Assembly: GCA_028534125.1 (NCBI GenBank)
Contig: CM052816.1
Coordinates: 27,158,001-27,222,000 of the forward strand
From: Lama glama
Taxonomy: Eukaryota
DNA length: 64,000 nucleotides
Reading direction: 5' to 3'
Positions within the stretch are counted from its first letter, which is position 1. The number at the start of each line of letters is the position of its first letter. Position numbers and translations under genes: made by a program. Shown piece by piece: positions 61,569-64,000 of this stretch. Under the pieces are notes generated by a model. The model saw only the letters and a list, made by a program, of their open reading frames with translations, had not been told where the DNA came from and ran no database searches.

Positions 61569-62765
61569 TGGCTATGTTGGTATGATGTCTCAAACACAGA
61601 ATTATTACAAATACACCAACAAGATGATGTACAACTGTGGGAAGTCTGTCCTTCATGAATATTTATTCTGTAGGTCAAGGGAGATATGAGCAATTTATTG
61701 CCTTTAAAGTGGTTCTCATCTTAGTGAACCATATATATACCAATAAAACATGGCTTTATGAGGAGATATATACTTTTATGGTTAAAAATCAAGTGCCAAT
61801 TCTTACACTTAGTACTCGAAGGGCTATCTAATCCCTCTCTTACTATTATCTGCTTCGGGAGCTGACTCCCCTCTCCCTCCCTGTATTTGCACTGGATTGG
61901 ATACTTCTCATGGTCAACCATGTCAGTCCCAATAGGAGCGTTTCTGGGAAGGCAGCCCATGGAAACGAGTAGGCCTAGAAGAAGGTCTTGCTTTAATGGT
62001 TGCACCAACCTAAAAACAGTTACTAAGAGGGATTGTGGAATCTCATTCTCTGGAGGTTTATTAAAGAACATATCCACTTTCCTCTGTCTGGAATGGTTTG
62101 CATGCACCTCTTCTAGCCAGCGCTGGGAGGCAGTGCATCTTGCAGGTCTCTGCCCTGTATACCGTGCTTTTCTTTTCGATGTGTTTATTACCAGAAAGCA
62201 GAAGAAAGGGCTCTCTTACCTTACAATCAGAAGATCTAAGAGCAGGCAGAGATGGTAAAGTCACTTCCTGGCTGATGGTTTTCAACTGGGTAATCCTCCA
62301 AGAACTAACATCAGCCAAACCTGCAACATTTAGGAGATTGTGGGGTCTGAACTTGTGTTTGGGAAGATGTTAGTATGTATTTGAAACTTCATCTCACAGC
62401 CATTCTGAAATACTCATTGCACAACAGAGGAAATTTTCAGCCCTGGTTTTAAATTTTCTTCCCTCTTGCGGGCTTAGGGACCGACCTCAATGTTATTTTA
62501 ACTTTGTTTCCTCCAGGCAAGGAGATTTACTTAATTAGGTAGTCAATCAAGAAACCCTGTGACTGAACACTTAGTACAGTGCAGCGCGTGTGCTCCTTAT
62601 GGTTTGTGGTGTGTCTGGAAAATAAAAGGGGCACATGAGATGAAGCACCCCTGTTTAAACGTGTCTTGGAGGAAGCTGAAGGATGTTCGAATAAAATCAC
62701 AATTTTAAGTGTTCCTCGTGCCAAGATAAATTCTGGTAAAATGGTCCTAAAATCAGAGATGTGAT

Positions 62766-63046
62766 CAGACATAGAAAACAAACCTATGGTTACCAAAGGG
62801 GAAAGGTAGTGGCAGGGAGGGATAAATAAGGGGTCTGGGATTAGCAGATACAAACTACTATACATAAAATAGATAAACGACATGGTACTACTGCATAGCA
62901 CAGGGAAATACATATCTTGTAATAACCTATAATGAAAAAGAATATGAAAAGAAATATATATATATTTATAACTGAATCAGGATGCTATACACCAGAAACT
63001 AACACAACGTTATTAATCAACTATACTTCCAAAAAAAAAAAAAAAA
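62766..63046 (+). mobile_element. Young L1 3' end (~280 bp)
   Basis: cagacatagaaaacaaacctatggttacc...caactatacttcc plus poly-A. Confidence 0.9.
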
Positions 63047-63471
63047 CCAACTGGAGGTGTGACTTTTCTTAGTTGTCAAGAGTTTAAATCTCGGAAGAAA
63101 CAATAGCTAAGAATTCCCTTGGAATGCAGATTTTGTACATACAGGCAGAAAGAAGCCCTTTCTGTGTCTTCTGATCACTCTAAAGCTTAAGGATGAATTG
63201 CTTCCTCTTACAGACTTATCATTACAATCCAGCAACTGTTCAAAATGTGACATCATGAGATTTTCTCACAAATGTGTGTGCAGATCCAGGTAAACAGGGA
63301 AGTTTGCAGCCATGATATCAGGAATCCATTTAAGCAAGCTACAAAAAGAATGGCTCCTTTCTCCTTGAAGTCTTTATATATAGATTTTGGAAACTGGCTT
63401 TGACAATAAATCCTGCACAGAAAGGTGGGCCCTAAAAGGCAACCACCATCGGTAACATAATGACAAGTAAC

Positions 63472-63952
63472 TTTTTTTTTTATTGTTTATTTACAATGTT
63501 ATGCTAGTCTCTGGTGTACAACATCATGATTCAGTTAAACACACACATATACATATACTCTTTTTTATATTCCTTTTTATTATAGGTTACTACAAGATAT
63601 TGAATATAGTTCCTGTGTGATACAGTAGGACCTTGTGCCTATCTAGTAGTACAGCATGTGCCTATCTATTTTATACATAGTAGTTAGTATCTGAAAATCC
63701 CCAACTCCCAATTTATCCCTTCCCCCCTTTCCCTCTGGTTAACCATAAGTTTGTTTTCTATGTCCAGGAGTCTGTTTCTGTTTTGTAAATAAGTTCGTTT
63801 GTGTCATTTTTTAAGATTCCACATGTAAGTGATATCACATGGTATCTGTCTTTCTCTTTCTGACTTCACTCAGTATGCCAATCTCTAGGCCAGTCAATGT
63901 TGCTGCAAATGGCATTATTTTATTCTTTTTTATGGCTGAGTAGTATTCCATG
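63472..63952 (-). mobile_element. Young L1 3' end
   Basis: Poly-T, then ttacaatgtt...ctggtgtaca; aaccataagtttgttttctatg; tgctgcaaatggcattattt. Confidence 0.9.
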
Positions 63953-64000
63953 ATAGATAGCTAGATAGCTAGCTAGCTAGCTAGATAGATAGATAGATAT
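63953..64000. repeat. (GATA)n/(GCTA)n tetranucleotide repeat
   Basis: Direct reading. Confidence 0.95.

Noticed and set aside
1..64000. CRISPR arrays, operons, rRNA or other prokaryotic systems
   Set aside because: The sequence is mammalian and repeat-rich. I saw no regularly spaced repeats, dense ORFs or rRNA motifs.

Overview
Mammalian nuclear DNA that is AT-rich, CpG-depleted and dense in repeats. It is most likely camelid: it carries tRNA-Ala-derived vic-1-like SINEs and many young L1 3' ends of one family, and I saw no Alu, Bov-A/BovB or PRE1. It looks intergenic or deep intronic. No intact protein-coding gene can be supported, and the supplied ORFs are mostly repeat-derived or chance. 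The recognisable content is L1 (young and old), L2, MIR, MaLR/ERVL/ERV1 LTRs, hAT and Tigger DNA-transposon relics, and microsatellites. Repeat family names come from recalled consensus motifs, and boundaries are approximate unless a TSD is given. The most notable unexplained items are: (1) a ~0.7 kb decayed, codon-structured segment at ~48.78-49.53 kb that I cannot assign to a gene; (2) a frame-preserving 162-nt minus-strand exon candidate at 47310-47471; (3) a 73-bp inverted duplication bracketing an MLT2 LTR; (4) a perfect 68-bp palindrome inside a rearranged L1; and (5) several atypical L1 insertions. I found no evidence for a complete novel multi-gene system.
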